A DNA stretch of 64,000 nt, taken from NCBI RefSeq assembly GCF_009914755.1, contig NC_060929.1, one strand, 5' to 3'. Source of the stretch: the human T2T-CHM13v2.0 reference genome, Homo sapiens. The notes beneath the pieces are model-generated. The model was given only the letters and a program-made list of their open reading frames with translations. It did no database searches and had not been told where the DNA came from. This document shows, in pieces, positions 1 to 19,589 of the stretch. Made by a program: the position numbers and the translations under genes. The number at the start of each line of letters is the position of its first letter. Positions within the stretch are counted from its first letter, which is position 1.

Positions 1-163
1 TATTAATATTTTGTTATTATTATCTTAAGTAGAAACATAGTATATCTTGCTAGTAAAAAGAGATAACAACAAAGTATATACATGACTGTTTAATTTAAAT
101 TCTAAAACGTTTATCTATAAACCATTTAGAATTGTCTCACATACCACTGGTGGGGAACCCTGA

Positions 164-532
<369 letters not shown>

Positions 533-584
533 AGAAGTTTGTTTTTTAATACTGCTTGACATTTCCACACTCCTCTAATTCTAC

Positions 585-778
585 TTACCTACCATCACTC
601 TATCTTTTACTTTGTCTTATTTTCTTCATAGCATGTTTCATTTCCTAAAATCATATTATTTATTTATTTCCTTTGCTTATCTGTTTTTTATGACTAGAAT
701 ATAGATTCCATGTGGGCAAGGATTTTGTCTTGATTACCTCCATTCCCCAGGGCCTGACATATATTAGGCACTCAATTT
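585..778 (+). mobile_element. L2 3' end fragment
   Basis: CTAGAATATAGATTCCATGTGGGCAAGG...TAGGCACTCAAT resembles the L2 3' end. Confidence 0.7.
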
Positions 779-856
779 CAGGAGTTCCATGGCAATATGG
801 TGAGAAACTGCTGTGATGCAAAAATCTGGGTTGGACCAAATAACTCTGTTTGCTAA

Positions 857-1318
<462 letters not shown>

Positions 1319-1722
1319 TACTTCTTCTTTTAGAAGCCAACGACTCTCCCCAAATTTTTTCTATTTAGACTTACTTCATAAGGTACTCACTGGATTCTTC
1401 TGTTCAGTAGCCATAGCATTTGTCCAAGAAGGGTGGCTATAACAATTAAATCATCCTGGATGCTGTGCTCTAATATTTAAAAGATAAACAATGGGACAAT
1501 GGCACATACATTTGTCCGTCTGTACCAAGAGTAGGCTGAGGTAAAAGCTAAGATATAACTCTCAATATTAGTTCTTAAATACTGTTTGTAGTTTTCATTG
1601 TTAAGGCAATGGATGTATAATCATTAGGAATGTCCTCTCAATTTTTGCACTTTCCTTAGGCAAATAGGTTAAGAATTTGAATAAATTTATTTTTATCATT
1701 GGTTTTCAAATGTTTTATATGA

Positions 1723-2057
<335 letters not shown>

Positions 2058-2113
2058 TCAATCAGAATCATTTAAAGAGACAATATGACCTAAATCTTAT
2101 ATAAAGAAATGTT

Positions 2114-2406
<293 letters not shown>

Positions 2407-3135
2407 GTTATTTGGAATATTTCTGTCTAGCTTTTTACTTTTTGAAGAATTTGTCTTTTTCCTACCTCATTAGATAATGGTAAGTCAAAGGGAAGAAAGT
2501 CCGTACCTACTTCCTGTGATGAATCCAATGCTTATTCAGGCTGGTTGATCACATAAGCCATACTTCTTGGTGATAAATGACTCAGAGTCCACGATAAGGC
2601 TTACACATTTCCAATGAAATCTTTCATGTCATGGAAGAGGAAATAAGATTGCAAGTTTGAAAGTAGATGATAATGATTAGTTTGGGATGCTATTTATAAT
2701 CAGTGACATAGGAAGTTAATTAGTTGTTTTCGATGGAGTGACTAAGCTGATCCCAATAGAAAACTACTGCATACGATTTTCTAAATAAAAAATATTTTTT
2801 AAAGGGCTGAGAATTTTCATGATTATGGTAAGGTTGGGAGAAAGGATGCTTAGTGTTTAAAAATGGCACAGATGTAATTACAGACCAGTCCTCTCATTTT
2901 TGTTTAGAGCAAACTTTGTATTTATCGAATGTTTTAATTAATTTGATTTGTGTTGCTTAGTTATCGATCTCAAAAGATTCAGCCACATTAATACAAAAAA
3001 TCTTTTCCGTAAAGTTTGTTTGGCTCAGAAGTTCTCTCTAAACCACCATTATAAATATGTAGTTCTAAGGTGATAGGACACAGTCATTAAACCTACATAT
3101 TATGGTCTATTGCTAGATTTAAAACCGTTTTTTTA

Positions 3136-3300
3136 TTAGCCAGGCATGATGGTGCCTGTAATCTCAGCTATTTATGAGGCTGAGGCAGGAGGATCCCTTG
3201 AGCCAGGAGTTGGAGGCTGGAGTGAGCTATGATTGCACCACTGCGCTCCAGCCTACCCAGGGAGACCCTGTCTCAAAAAAACAAAACAAAACCAAAAAAA
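3136..3300 (+). mobile_element. Alu right monomer (FRAM/AluJ-like)
   Basis: Single right arm with A-rich tail. Confidence 0.85.
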
Positions 3301-3610
3301 CCTAAAAACCTAAACAAATCCTGTTTTATAGATTTCTCGTTTCTATCTTCCTTAAAGTGTCCTCCTTTCTGAACCTTATGGGCCTTCCTGCCCTTTGTTC
3401 CCCTCCTACTTCAATGAATGTATTCTTCCTATTTCACTAGAGGCAGGAAATCAGTCACATGGATTGTGCAATTAATGGCAATTGTGTGCTTAAGGCTAGG
3501 TGTTTCTGAAATCAGGTTTTATTTTTTATTTGAATTTTTCTTTCAGAAATAACAAGTTGTTGATAACTGACAAATTTGATCACAGACAAGGATGATTATT
3601 CTGAATTTAA

Positions 3611-3921
<311 letters not shown>

Positions 3922-4494
3922 CTGAATTTAAGTTATTTTAATAAAATAAGTAACATACTGTAATGGAAGAAAGCTGGGCATGCATTTGTAGAAAAGGGAA
4001 CTTTTCTAACTCGGTACTGATTATCAATGGTATAAAATAATGCTGTATTTTCCAAATATACAAATTATTTACTCTGTAGGAATAAGTATGAAATGTGATG
4101 GTAACTGACCCAAGCTACAAAGACACTCTTTAGTGCACTGTGGAAATATTTTATTAGTGAATACCAGTGTGGTCTGGAAGAGTTGATGTAGTTTGCAAAA
4201 GGACCTAACTTGTTCCCAGCGAGTCATTTACAAACTGGCAGGACTTGGCTGATTATGGAAAGGAATAGTCCTCTTGACAAAAGTGCAAATTGTAAGTGCT
4301 GCTGATAAAGAGGCCCAAGGTCAAGAGAATCATCTGATTCTAACAGACAAACTGTCAGGGCAGTAATCAGAAGCATCACCTAGACGGTACCCTGGAGTCA
4401 AGATAAAGCAATTTACATAGTACTTTGTGTACTTATTTTCTTTTATTCTTACCTATTAACAGGTTTAAAATGTTTAAGTGATTTGACCAGATAA

Positions 4495-4745
4495 CTAATA
4501 ATAGTATTTAAATATCGACATCCTATAATGTGCCAGACACTATGCTGCCTGCTTTACATGCATTATCCGACTTGATTCTTACAGAAGCCCTTGAAAAGTG
4601 CTTTTATTATTGCCATTTTTAAAAGGAGGAAACTAAATCTGGTAGAGAGGTTCCAAAACATGTCCATGGTAGCACAGCAGGGATGTGATAGAGTCAAGAC
4701 TAAAGCTTGGGTGTGCCCACTTCAGAGGCTAAGATATTGGTCCCC
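4495..4745 (-). mobile_element. MIR
   Basis: ATGTGCCAGACACTATGCT...GAGGAAACTAAA resembles the reverse-complemented MIR core. Confidence 0.7.
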
Positions 4746-4867
4746 CAGTACTGCTAAGGCACGTCTTCAAGTTGAGTTCAAGTACACAGTTCTTTCTCTC
4801 CACTTGCCCTCCGCTCCTACATTTCCTCCAGTAGACAAGTAGGTCTTCAGCATTTTGGGGTTCTGCC

Positions 4868-5150
4868 TTTTTTTTGAGACCGAGTCTCGCTCTGTCGCCC
4901 AGGCTGGAGTGCTGTGGCGCGATCTCAGCTCAAGGCAACCTCCGCCTCCTGGGTTCAAGCAATTCTCCTGCCTCAGCCTCCCAAGTATTACAGGTGTGTG
5001 CCACTATGCCCAGTTAATTTTTGTATTTTTAATAGAGATGGGGTTTCCCCACGTTGGCCAGGCTTGTCTCGAACTCCTGACCTCAAGTGATCCACCCACC
5101 TCGCCCTCCCAAAGTGCAGGGATTACAGGCGTAAGCCACTGTACCCGGCC
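4868..5150 (-). mobile_element. AluS
   Basis: Full dimer; TSD TGGGGTTCTGCC at 4856-4867 and 5151-5162. Confidence 0.95.
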
Positions 5151-5194
5151 TGGGGTTCTGCCATTTTTAAAAATTGTGTGTTTGTGTGTGTTCT

Positions 5195-6729
<1,535 letters not shown>

Positions 6730-6731
6730 GC

Positions 6732-6995
6732 ACGATGTTTTTCAAAGTAAATTTCACAAAACATTAGTTCTGTGAAGATTTGAAAGTTACCTGGTGTAAA
6801 ATAAGTTTGTGAAGAGTCAGATTAAAAATAACTGAACCGGCTTCTTTGCTGTGGGTCTTCTTAGAGCCTTCATGCTGATGTTCATTATGATGGGGGAGGG
6901 TGAGAGTACACCTCTTTTTCCAAAGTTGTTTAACTACAGAACTCTTATTTAAGGTGTGTCAAAGAGCAATGAACATCTGTTTGGACAAGGCACCT
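6732..6995. mobile_element. hAT-Charlie fragment (Charlie4a-like)
   Basis: AAATAAGTTTG...TTCTTTGCTGTGGGTCTTCTTAGAGCCTT resembles the recalled consensus. Confidence 0.55.
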
Positions 6996-7536
6996 TGAAT
7001 CTTGTGAGTCCTATCAATAGGCTCCTGAAAAGTAAGATGGCAAAGGTAAAGTGAGTTTATAGGGTCTTGCTCTGAACCCCTCTTTTCCTCCACCCTTCTT
7101 GCCCTATACTATTTTTATTCAGCAACTTTTTTTTGAAAGTTTATTATGGAGAAGGCTTGGCATTAAGTCCTTTAAGTGATATAACAATGAAAAATGCTCA
7201 GTTTTGCTGTTTCTAGAGATAACCAGATCCAAACTTTTCTTGTACTAGGATTATACCAATTACAATAACATATAAGCAGGATTTGACAAATAGGATTAAT
7301 CATTCATTTAGTCACCCGTTATTTATTGATTAGCTCCCACATGCCAGACTCTGTATGGGCATTGGAGATAGAACGGTGACCAAGATGTCCATTTTAACAT
7401 CATAGAGTTTACAGTCTAGGGAAGGCTAAGAGACAATAAACAAGAAAACAAATAAATAAGCAAGATAATCTCATACAGTGTTAGCAGTGAAGAAGGAGGA
7501 AGAGGAGAAGACAGATAAACAGGGTGACAGAGATGG

Positions 7537-7756
7537 CAGTGCTTGGCAATGTTTTTCTATTAAAGCCACATAGTAAATATTTTAGGCTTTACAAGCCATA
7601 GAGTCTCTGTCACAACTATTCAACCCATAGTTGCAACATGAATGCAGCCACAGACAGTGTGTAAACAAAAGGGTATGGCTGTGCTCCAATAAAACTTTAT
7701 TTACACAAAGAGTCCAGGGACAGATTTCACTTGCTGGCTCTAGTTTGCTGACTATG
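7537..7756. mobile_element. MER58A (hAT-Charlie MITE)
   Basis: ATAGTAAATATTTTAGGCTTT and CCAATAAAACTTTATTTAC, degenerate TIRs at both ends. Confidence 0.85.
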
Positions 7757-7833
7757 GGGATAGATAATGATTTGATGGGAGTTGGGATTACTTTAGATTG
7801 AGTTTCAAGAAAAACTCTTTAAGAGCAGGTACA

Positions 7834-8133
<300 letters not shown>

Positions 8134-8250
8134 AGCAGGTACCATTTGAGCTGAGATCATAATTATAAGAAGGAAGCAGCCATAGAAATGTTCTGGAGGA
8201 TGAATTCTATTAGAGAAACTATTAGGTTGGTGCAAACATGATTGTAGTTT

Positions 8251-8908
<658 letters not shown>

Positions 8909-9644
8909 CATTACTTTTAAAACCAATGGCATTACTTTTAAATGGCAAACAGCCCAATTACGTTTGCCCCAACCTGATAGCAACTGCAAAAATCTTGTGA
9001 GAAGAACAAGCTTGACCTGGTCAAATATCAGCAAGAAAGCCTTGAACCTAGATCACAGTGAGCAAGGTGGCATCTGCAAAATGAGAATGTGAAGAAATAG
9101 GCAGGGCCCAACACATGCTAATTTGGATTTTAGTCTAACTTCAATATGAAGCCGTTGCAGGTTTTTATGAAAGGGGCTAAGAAACCTGAATGCCATTTTA
9201 AAAAGATGACTGCCTGTTAGGTAAAGAAGGGAAGGAAGAATGGAAGCAGTTAGGACACTGTCGTAATGAACCAGAATAGAGGAACTATGAGCATGGGCTA
9301 GGGTTGTTGTTGTGAACATGGGAAGTTGTGAATAGATTCGGAATAGGAAGTGGAAGCAAAACCAGTGGGAGAATGAAAATTAGATGTGAGCAGTGAAGGA
9401 AACGTTGAATCAAAGATGACTCTGAGGGACTTGAACAACTGGGTAGATGGAGATGTTATTTAGAGAGATGGCAAATCTTAGGGTGGAGCTTATCTTGGGA
9501 GTGAAAAATCAAGAGCTCTATTTTGGAGGGATGTTGAGTTTGAGAGATCTTTTAGACATCTGAGTGGAGATACTATGCAATCAGTCATTTGGTTATATAA
9601 GTTTGGAGTTCATTAGAAGGTAAAGTTCAAGAATCAGCTGTAAG

Positions 9645-9970
<326 letters not shown>

Positions 9971-10044
9971 CTATTTGGAAAGACGCAAGACTGAAAGAGA
10001 CCAGTTGAGGAGGGAATTTCTTTATTATAACACTTACCATATTC

Positions 10045-10190
10045 TGGTATAGTTATCTCTTTCTTTACTGATTTACATTGTAGCTTGTGAGTACCTGAGG
10101 GGCAGAATAAGGATCTTACTCAGTTTGTTCTTCCTATACCTAGTACAGTGTCTACCAGTTAGGAAGTTTTAAATAAATATCTGTTGAATT
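10045..10190 (+). mobile_element. L2 3' end
   Basis: CCTAGTACAGTGTCT...AATAAATATCTGTTGAAT. Confidence 0.65.
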
Positions 10191-10559
10191 TTTTAAGACT
10201 ACTGACTCCATATTCTTAGCTCTCTTTTACTCCTGTGGCCTCATTATTTATTTCCATTTGACAAATAAAATGGATAAAAACTACAAGGTGAGAAAAAGGA
10301 CCCCTAGTTAAAGGCACTTGAACATTTTACCTTTTCGCCTTGGCTGAACACAGAGGCTGGAATGGAACATGCACAGTTAGCCAGAGTGTCATAGTCACCT
10401 TAATGATCCACACAGCTAGTGGTATAATTTATTAGCCTGCTGGGAACATTATTGATCATGGAGATGACCAAAATAATTGAAGCAGCCAAATTGTGGTTCT
10501 GTGCCCATTTGAAAAGTGATCTTGTAATTTGGTGATTTTTCTTTGTTTCCAAATTGCAG

Positions 10560-10710
10560 TGTTGGAAAAGGTCTTAGAGATTATCTGGCACAATATTATT
10601 ATTTTATAGTTCAGAGAAGTTAAGTGCCTTGATCCAGGACACATGGCTAGTGGTGGAAACACTGGTCCCAAGGCTCCTAATCCCTTATCCTTTCAACAAC
10701 ACTCCAGTGT
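10560..10710 (-). mobile_element. MIR
   Basis: CAGAGAAGTTAAGTG...CACATGGCTAGTGGTGG core. Confidence 0.65.
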
Positions 10711-10954
10711 GGGAGAGTAATGTGAGCAGGAAATAGCTTCTGTTTTTATATATCATTATATGTCACTGAATTTTTTTTTTTTTCTGTAGCAGCAAAGTAA
10801 CCTAGCTCAGGCTGCTTGATCCTGTGTATGAATAGCTTTATAAATAAAGTTCTGTACACATGTAGATCCCTTTGTAGGAAAGAGGTGAGAGTAGCACTCA
10901 AACTTCTTTCCATATGATCAGTTGTTGGCTGTCCACTATTTCAGAGATTCCTAG

Positions 10955-11321
<367 letters not shown>

Positions 11322-11470
11322 ATTGTGTTATATTTAAATTTTATGAATATTATATATCTTTCCTGAGAGTTAGGGCTCTTGTCTGGGGAATTTGTGGTCT
11401 GAAAATCTATTTTCTTGGAGAGTAGTTGATATAATCAAGGAAAATAGAGCTAGAAATCTCAATTACAAAT

Positions 11471-11800
<330 letters not shown>

Positions 11801-11836
11801 TAGATGGAATTATTCAACAACCTTTTATTTCTTCAC

Positions 11837-12004
11837 TTTTTTTTTTTTTTAAGAGTTGGGGTCTTGCTGTATTGGGCAGGCTGGAGCGCAGTGGCTATTC
11901 ACCAATGTGATTATATGCACAGCCTTAAAATTCTGGGATCAAGAGATCTTTTTGTTTCAGCCTTCCCTGTAACTGGGACTACTGGTGTGCCCACTGTACT
12001 CAGA
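11837..12004 (-). mobile_element. FAM (fossil Alu monomer)
   Basis: Monomer retaining the 7SL-like GCAGTGGCTATTCAC segment. Confidence 0.8.
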
Positions 12005-12754
12005 TCTCATTTTCCTTTTTGATGATTAAAGGTAATATATATGAATCTTAACCCACTGAAAAAATTTAATTTAAAAACTTAAAGGTGGCTTTCGCAAAAT
12101 AGAAGGAAAACTGACAGTATTTGAATGGAACTTTCAGCTAGTAAGCTGATCCATCTTATCTACATCCCTTACCTCAAAGCTCTTAGGTGTAGACCTAAGT
12201 GTGCAAAGGGCGGCCAGAGAGCTGGCTTATACCATCAAAGTGGTTGAACCTGGATCCAACCAGGGAAAGACCTGTTCTAATTCAGATCCTGTTCTCAAGA
12301 TGCAATAGAAATGGTGTCTGATGACAGTGGTTGGACCAACATCCAGTGTCCAGCTGGACACCTTTTCTACCAAATCAGGTCTGCAGGAAACAGACACTTG
12401 GACAAGAGGTAGGATTTTATTGTTGTATGTTCTTAGGCTTCCCAGAAACAATGGCATTTTCTGAAAAGCTTAGTAACACTTTTGGAAGTTCCAGTAATTA
12501 TTTCAGACTCTGTAGACTCTGCTAACAATATTGCAGACTTTGGAAATGTCCCAGAAGCTATATGTTAAGCAGAAACCCTCTTTGCACCTTATGATTCATA
12601 TTAACTATTCCCCTTTCTGAATTCTACAGGCACTTCTCTATCCCCTTCTACTCATCCTCCTCCCATGGGCTGCGTGTCCATTATTTTCTTCTCTGTTTCA
12701 TCCTGCAAATTTGAATTTCAAAATTCTCCTACTTTCATGATTAATTCCCCCTAA

Positions 12755-13330
12755 AAAAGTTAAATCCATGTTTACCTTATAACACAGCAATTCCACTTTT
12801 CGGTATTTACTCAATGGAAATGAACACATATATCTACAAAAAGACTTGTACAAGAATGTTCACAGTAGCTTTGCTCATAATAGCAAGTTTGAAAACTGCA
12901 AATAACCGAGATGTCCATCAACATAATCTGGATAAACAGGCTATGGTATATTCATACAATGGAATACTACTCAACAAAAAAAGGGAACCAACAACTGGTC
13001 TTCAGAAGACATGGATATATTGTGTTGCATGAAAGATGTCAGAAGCAAGATGCCTATGAAATATATGTATTTATATAAAATTGAAGGACATAGGCAATGC
13101 TAATCTGTGGTGACAAATATCAGTAGTACAGTGATGGCCTTTGGCCAGGAGGGGCCATGGAGATTGACTGGAAAGGGCTGGAGGAAGCTCTATGGGATGA
13201 TGGAAATGTTTTGTGACTTGACAGCAGTGTGTGCTATATGAGTGTTTGCACTCGGGAAAACATCAAACTGTAACATTTAAGATCTGTGCATTTCACTGCA
13301 TGTAAATTAAAACTCAATTTAAAATAAAAA
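12755..13330 (+). mobile_element. L1M (L1ME-like) 3' end
   Basis: CAGCAATTCCACT, AAAGACTTGTACAAGAATGTTCA and GATCTGTGCATTTCACTG motifs. Confidence 0.85.
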
Positions 13331-13659
13331 CATGAAAGGAAGCACATTCTTTTTCTAGCCCTCAGTTTTGCTTATTTCCTATCACTTAGGCATTATGCTT
13401 TTATAATACAATCACCTCCCCTCAAACTTACTGTCAGAAAGACAATGTAGTATCTGTCCATTACACATCTTTGTGTTTATTTAGATCAATGGTTTACATC
13501 TCCCAGTTTTCAAGTCTAGCAGTAGGCTTAAAGTACTGTGTTTGTTTTCAGTTTAAAGTATTCTAGACATTAGACAGAAGACAAGAAGTCTATTTCAAGG
13601 AATTGCCGAGCTCCTTCTAGTGCTTCTAATATCACGGCCAGTGCTTTAGTCACCTATGA

Positions 13660-13983
<324 letters not shown>

Positions 13984-14097
13984 TGTAGTTATTTTTTTTT
14001 TGAGACGGCTTTCTGCCTTTCTTTTCCATCTTCTCTCACTCACTTCTACATGCAGGATTGTGTGGGTGTGTATGTAAACACGTATAATCTTTTTTAA

Positions 14098-14453
<356 letters not shown>

Positions 14454-14469
14454 TGGAATTTTCAAGCTA

Positions 14470-14625
14470 ATTTAATATTTCCCTTGACATGTCTCTCTCC
14501 CCCACTAAACTTGGGGCTCTCTTACAGGTGGTAAGTATCTAATTCATTTTGCTTTCCTAGTGCCCAGCACAGAATGTGCACAAATACAGACATGCAATAA
14601 TGATCATTGAATAAATTAACAAATG
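14470..14625 (+). mobile_element. L2 3' end
   Basis: CTAGTGCCCAGCACAG...CAATAAATG...TTGAATAAAT. Confidence 0.6.
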
Positions 14626-15433
14626 ACCCTTTTTTTTCTTATGTGTCTGATGAAGTGAAAAAGAACTATACTGAGAGGCAAGAACTTTTGACTAAGTGTT
14701 GTTTGCAGTTATAACTGTCCCCTCAAATCCACCACTCTTCTCTGTACTCCTATCTTTACTTCCTTCTATCACTATTTTATAGCAACACCAGGGTAGTATA
14801 AGTGTTCCTACAACTTCATACTATAGAAGTCTTTGGGAAAAAAAATGACATTATAATGACATTACAAAATGAAAGCAATTTGTGCCAAAAAAGGGATTAC
14901 AGAGTTTTGCACCTTGAACTTTTACTTTATTGAAGTCAATGTTTTTTTCAACAGGCTTCCCAAAACAAAGAATGTTCAGATTGGACTGGCCTTAAAATGC
15001 AGTATTTAAAACAGCAACATGTCTGACAGATCCGAGAAATGAAATACGTCCATTTCTTTTGGCAAGGAGCAGAAGGCAACATAAAGCAGCTGCAAGAATT
15101 AATTCATGGAGATAGTTGACATTTTCGAGCTGACTGCCTCTTAGAGAAAATGATGTCATTCTCCAGCAGCCTAATGACAGTCATCAGCCTGAGAGGACAC
15201 ATGCTAATAAGGTTCATTGCTCACCTAGTTTTCTTCCTTTTTGTCTAGCCAGAGTGTCCTTGGATGCCCATAATTTGGCATTGTGCTCCTAGAATCATTT
15301 TTAAGAGAGACTAGAGTATGAAACTTAGGAAATAGTGCTTTTTTTTTTCCTAATCAGAAAATTGGATTAATGTTTCTAACTTCTTCCAGTAACTCAAAGT
15401 CATGCTCCCAGTTTATTCATAAGTATCCAAATT

Positions 15434-15728
<295 letters not shown>

Positions 15729-16562
15729 ATAGGTATCCAAATTCTAATTGAACTTTCTAAGGTGTTGGATCCATTGTTTAAATTGTGAAAGACCATTGAT
15801 TCAAGATGCTGAGGCAGCTCCGATGATGAAAAACTATGATGCAGTAAAAATCTAAAATTGCGTTCTCAACCACAAAGAACATTGAATCTGAAATGTCTAG
15901 AATACTCAGTATAGGTATCCTGGAGTTGACTTTACTCCTGGACAAAATTATGACTTTCAAAGGAGTTTTAAGATAAATTTTCATCTTTATCCAAATATGC
16001 AAAAGGGAACAAGCAATATCAGCTTAAAGGAAAGAAAGAGCAATATCAGCTCACCCACACCTTTAGACCATGGCTTTTGATGCTACTGTCAGAACTCATC
16101 TCAAGAAGCAAAACACCTGTTACATTTCCCAAGCCTTTCTGTTTTTGTCTCTCCCCTAATAGACTATCACCAGCAAAGAATTTTCTGAGCAAATGTGTAC
16201 TGGAGACCTTCTGAGGAACCCACTAGAGCCTGCACATCCCCTTTTCCTAGCAAGGTCAACTGGAAAACAGGTAAAATGTGTGGGCTAGCAAACAAATAAA
16301 GGAGGCGAGCCGTGGATTTTGGAAGAAATTGATATGTTGCAAGCATAGAAGACCTGTAATTCAGAATGGTATTTATGGCTAAGGAGTTTCACCTTGTCCT
16401 AGCTTTGGCCACCTACTCTTGATGGAAATGAACTTCTGGAAAAAGAAACTCATACTACTGGATTTGGAGGAAGAGAACTAGAGTTTCAGCTCTGATTTTG
16501 ATCATCTAATGCTTGATTATTAGATGGTTAGACCCAACTGATAGTAGAAAAACAATTTTCTT

Positions 16563-16859
16563 TCTTTCTTTCTTTCTTTTTTTTTTGAGATGGAGTCTAG
16601 CTCTGTTGCCCAGGCTAGAGTACGGTGGCATGATCTTGGCTGACTGCAACCTCTGCCTCGTGGGTTCAAGCTGTTCTCCTGTCTCAGCCTCCCATGTAGC
16701 TAGGATTACAGGCACCCAACACCATGCCAATTTTTTCCGTTTAGTAAAGACAGGGTTTCATGGTGTTGGCCAGGCTGCTCTTGAACTTCTGACCTGGTGA
16801 TCCGCCTGCCTTGGCCTCCCAAAATGCTGGGATTACAAGTATGAGCCACCGCGCTCAGC
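16563..16859 (-). mobile_element. AluS
   Basis: Full dimer; TSD AGAAAAACAATTTTCTT. Confidence 0.95.
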
Positions 16860-19589
16860 AGAAAAACAATTTTCTTAGCAGCTCAAGTGCTCTAATTGGT
16901 CCAAGGGTTTTCTACACCAGAGGGCAGAGCAGTCAGGTTACCAAATCAAGAATCAATGGTGTTTTGTTGATATTATAATGAAAAAGTAGATACAAGTTGA
17001 ATCTGCAGAAGGACTGATTTTAAAAAATTAATAAATTAGATCATCTATAACCTTGGGATAAAATGTCTGATGTCCTGATGTATGTGGAATTAATTCAGTT
17101 AATGCTTATTTAGCACTGACTCTGTAAAAGTTCTCTTCAAGGCTCTGGGCAAAGGACAAAATAAGAGATACTGCTCTTACCTTCAAGGTCATTCAATCCA
17201 AATGGTATATTAGCCTGTGTACACAAATTACTTTCATTTTGTAAGGCACAAGTCACGTACACTTAACCCTCACAATAGTCCTGCTAGTTGGGTATTATTA
17301 TTATTTATATAATTTTGCCTTTGTGTAAGCCTTTTCTTTTGTCCATGGCTGTTTGTTGTTTATAAAATGAGTATGTTAGATTAATACAAATAATAGTTAA
17401 CATTTATTAATTACTTACTGTTTGCCAACTGTTTTGAAAGTATTAGCTAATTTAAGCCTTATAACAACCCTGTTATATCTATCTTTCAGAAATTCAGCAA
17501 GGTTAAGTGACTTGCCCAAAATCAGAGCTGAAACTCTATTTCTCTTCCTCCAAATCCAGTGTTCTTTCCAAGATAACGTGCAACTTTCCTTTGGAATGAT
17601 CAGCAGAATGTCAAATAAGGAAAGGACATGTAGAGTTCATGGGAGGAGACATTACTTCTGGCTGCAGAATTATGGAGGCTTTATGGGAGACGCCGTATAT
17701 TTTATCTGTGCGCCTTGATCACGTGTCTGACCATGGACAGAGAAACCAGCCTAATGAGCCTTCTTTACAGGTGACCCTCTAGCCCTTGGTGAACATCTTG
17801 TTTTTATTCTTTCTTAATTCCAACACTTATTCTTGACAACTTTACAAATGAACAAATCTTATTTACTAAATTGTTGATGTAGTTTTTGTCTAACACAGGG
17901 CTGATTTTACCCTTGAGAGACGGACACAAGGCTTCATTTAGGGGAGGATTAGGTTTGATGTTTATTCACTGCACGAGGCAGATTGGTTTTAGAGACATGG
18001 GTTACAGTCTTGGCTTTTCCTGTTACTGCTTTTGGGTCTTTAGATGAACATTTTGCTTTCTCTAGACTCCTTCTTTATATATAAAACAACTACATCTTTG
18101 GACCTATAATAACTGTTGGTGGTCTCCAATGAGACAAGGATATGAGGGTGCTTTGTGAATGGCTACCCAAATGTAAAATATTATTATTATTATTATCATT
18201 CAGTATTATAAAATATTGATAAAAATATTGTCTAGATTTTTCAGACATCTTAGAAGTCTTCTTTTTCTTCAGGGAAAAAGAGAACCCTAAATATCAATTA
18301 TAATCAGAATTTCACAGCAAGTAAAAATACCTGTGTGTTAATGAAATTAATCCTTAATGAACCAGATGACAATGACTATTTGATATCTGACCTTAATTTT
18401 TTAAACCAGGCATCAAAACACTTAGAAGTGGGTAGGCAGGGTGAGTACAGAAGAGGAGTGGTGGAATTCCCTTTACTGTAGGTTAGTTGGAAAGAGAGAA
18501 TCAAGATTCATATGACTCTCAGGCAAAAAGAGTGGGAAGAGATAGACTGAAATCTCCATATTCACAGGTAAGAACAGACATTTCTTGGCCCAAATGATAA
18601 AGCAATGTTCAGCTCTTCTAGTCAAGTCGCCCATACTGTGGAATTCCAAGGAAACAGTCTTCACTCCTGTTAAGTGATATTCCTGGCCATTGTCAATGCG
18701 CAAGTCCCACAACAAGGCAGAGACATTCATGCTCTTCATTAACATTCCCCTAAGGTCTCAGTTTGCATCTCTCTATCCATCTCCTAGCTCTGAAAGGAAG
18801 TTTCCTGGGAAACCTTTTCTATGAATGGAATGGATGAGGTTTGTCCCATGAGGGAAGAATTAAAAAAAAAAAAACAAAAAACACACAGACACACACAACA
18901 ACAACACAGTACAACAAAAAAACTTCTTTCCCACTGCAGCCAGGAGCAGATTACGCCTATCTTTTTTCAAGGACAGGTGGAAATTCTGACCATGTGGTAT
19001 TCAGTCATACTAGGAATGTTGCTCTCTCAATTTAACAGGAGAGCTTCCTTTCTTACTGATTAAAAAAGTCAAAAGGGGTTTAAAATTGCTTAGGTAAAAA
19101 GAACTATGGTTGAGTTTTCTCAGCCACAGATAAGCATTGGCTCTTTCTGATCTGCTCTGTTGTCAGCTATGTAATGACTCAGTTTGTGCATTGTTCTCCT
19201 TGTTCAGAACAGAAGGGAGAGTAAACCTTATCCACAGGCTCCTGTTACAAGTAGACCTTCCCCTTCCATCAGAGGTGGGCTTTGTGCGACACAGTCAGGA
19301 CATTCACAAATTAAAAGATGAAGAACAGCCCACATTTTCACCAGCTATTGATATTCCCTATCCCAGTAAACCATGGGTTTTCGTCTGAGTATTTTTTTCC
19401 AACTTAAAGAGAGAGAGAGAAAGAGAGAATATGTAGGCTAACCAGCTCTATTGCTAACAAAAGAAATAGTTAAGAGAGGAAAACAACCAGGGATGAAAAT
19501 CAGGCTTTTATTTGAATCTTCTTGCTTCTTTTCAGCACCAGCTTCCTGGCTAACTTGAGCATCCTATTCCTGAGCTGGTTGAAATATGC

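Noticed and set aside
12150-12690. Possible ancient LTR-like segment (also 55440-55870)
   Set aside because: Could not match a family or define ends with confidence
14510-14540. CTTACAG|GTG|GTAAGT microexon-like signal (similar AAG|GTAAGT near 33290 and 44565)
   Set aside because: Lies in decayed repeat or has a weak acceptor; expected by chance
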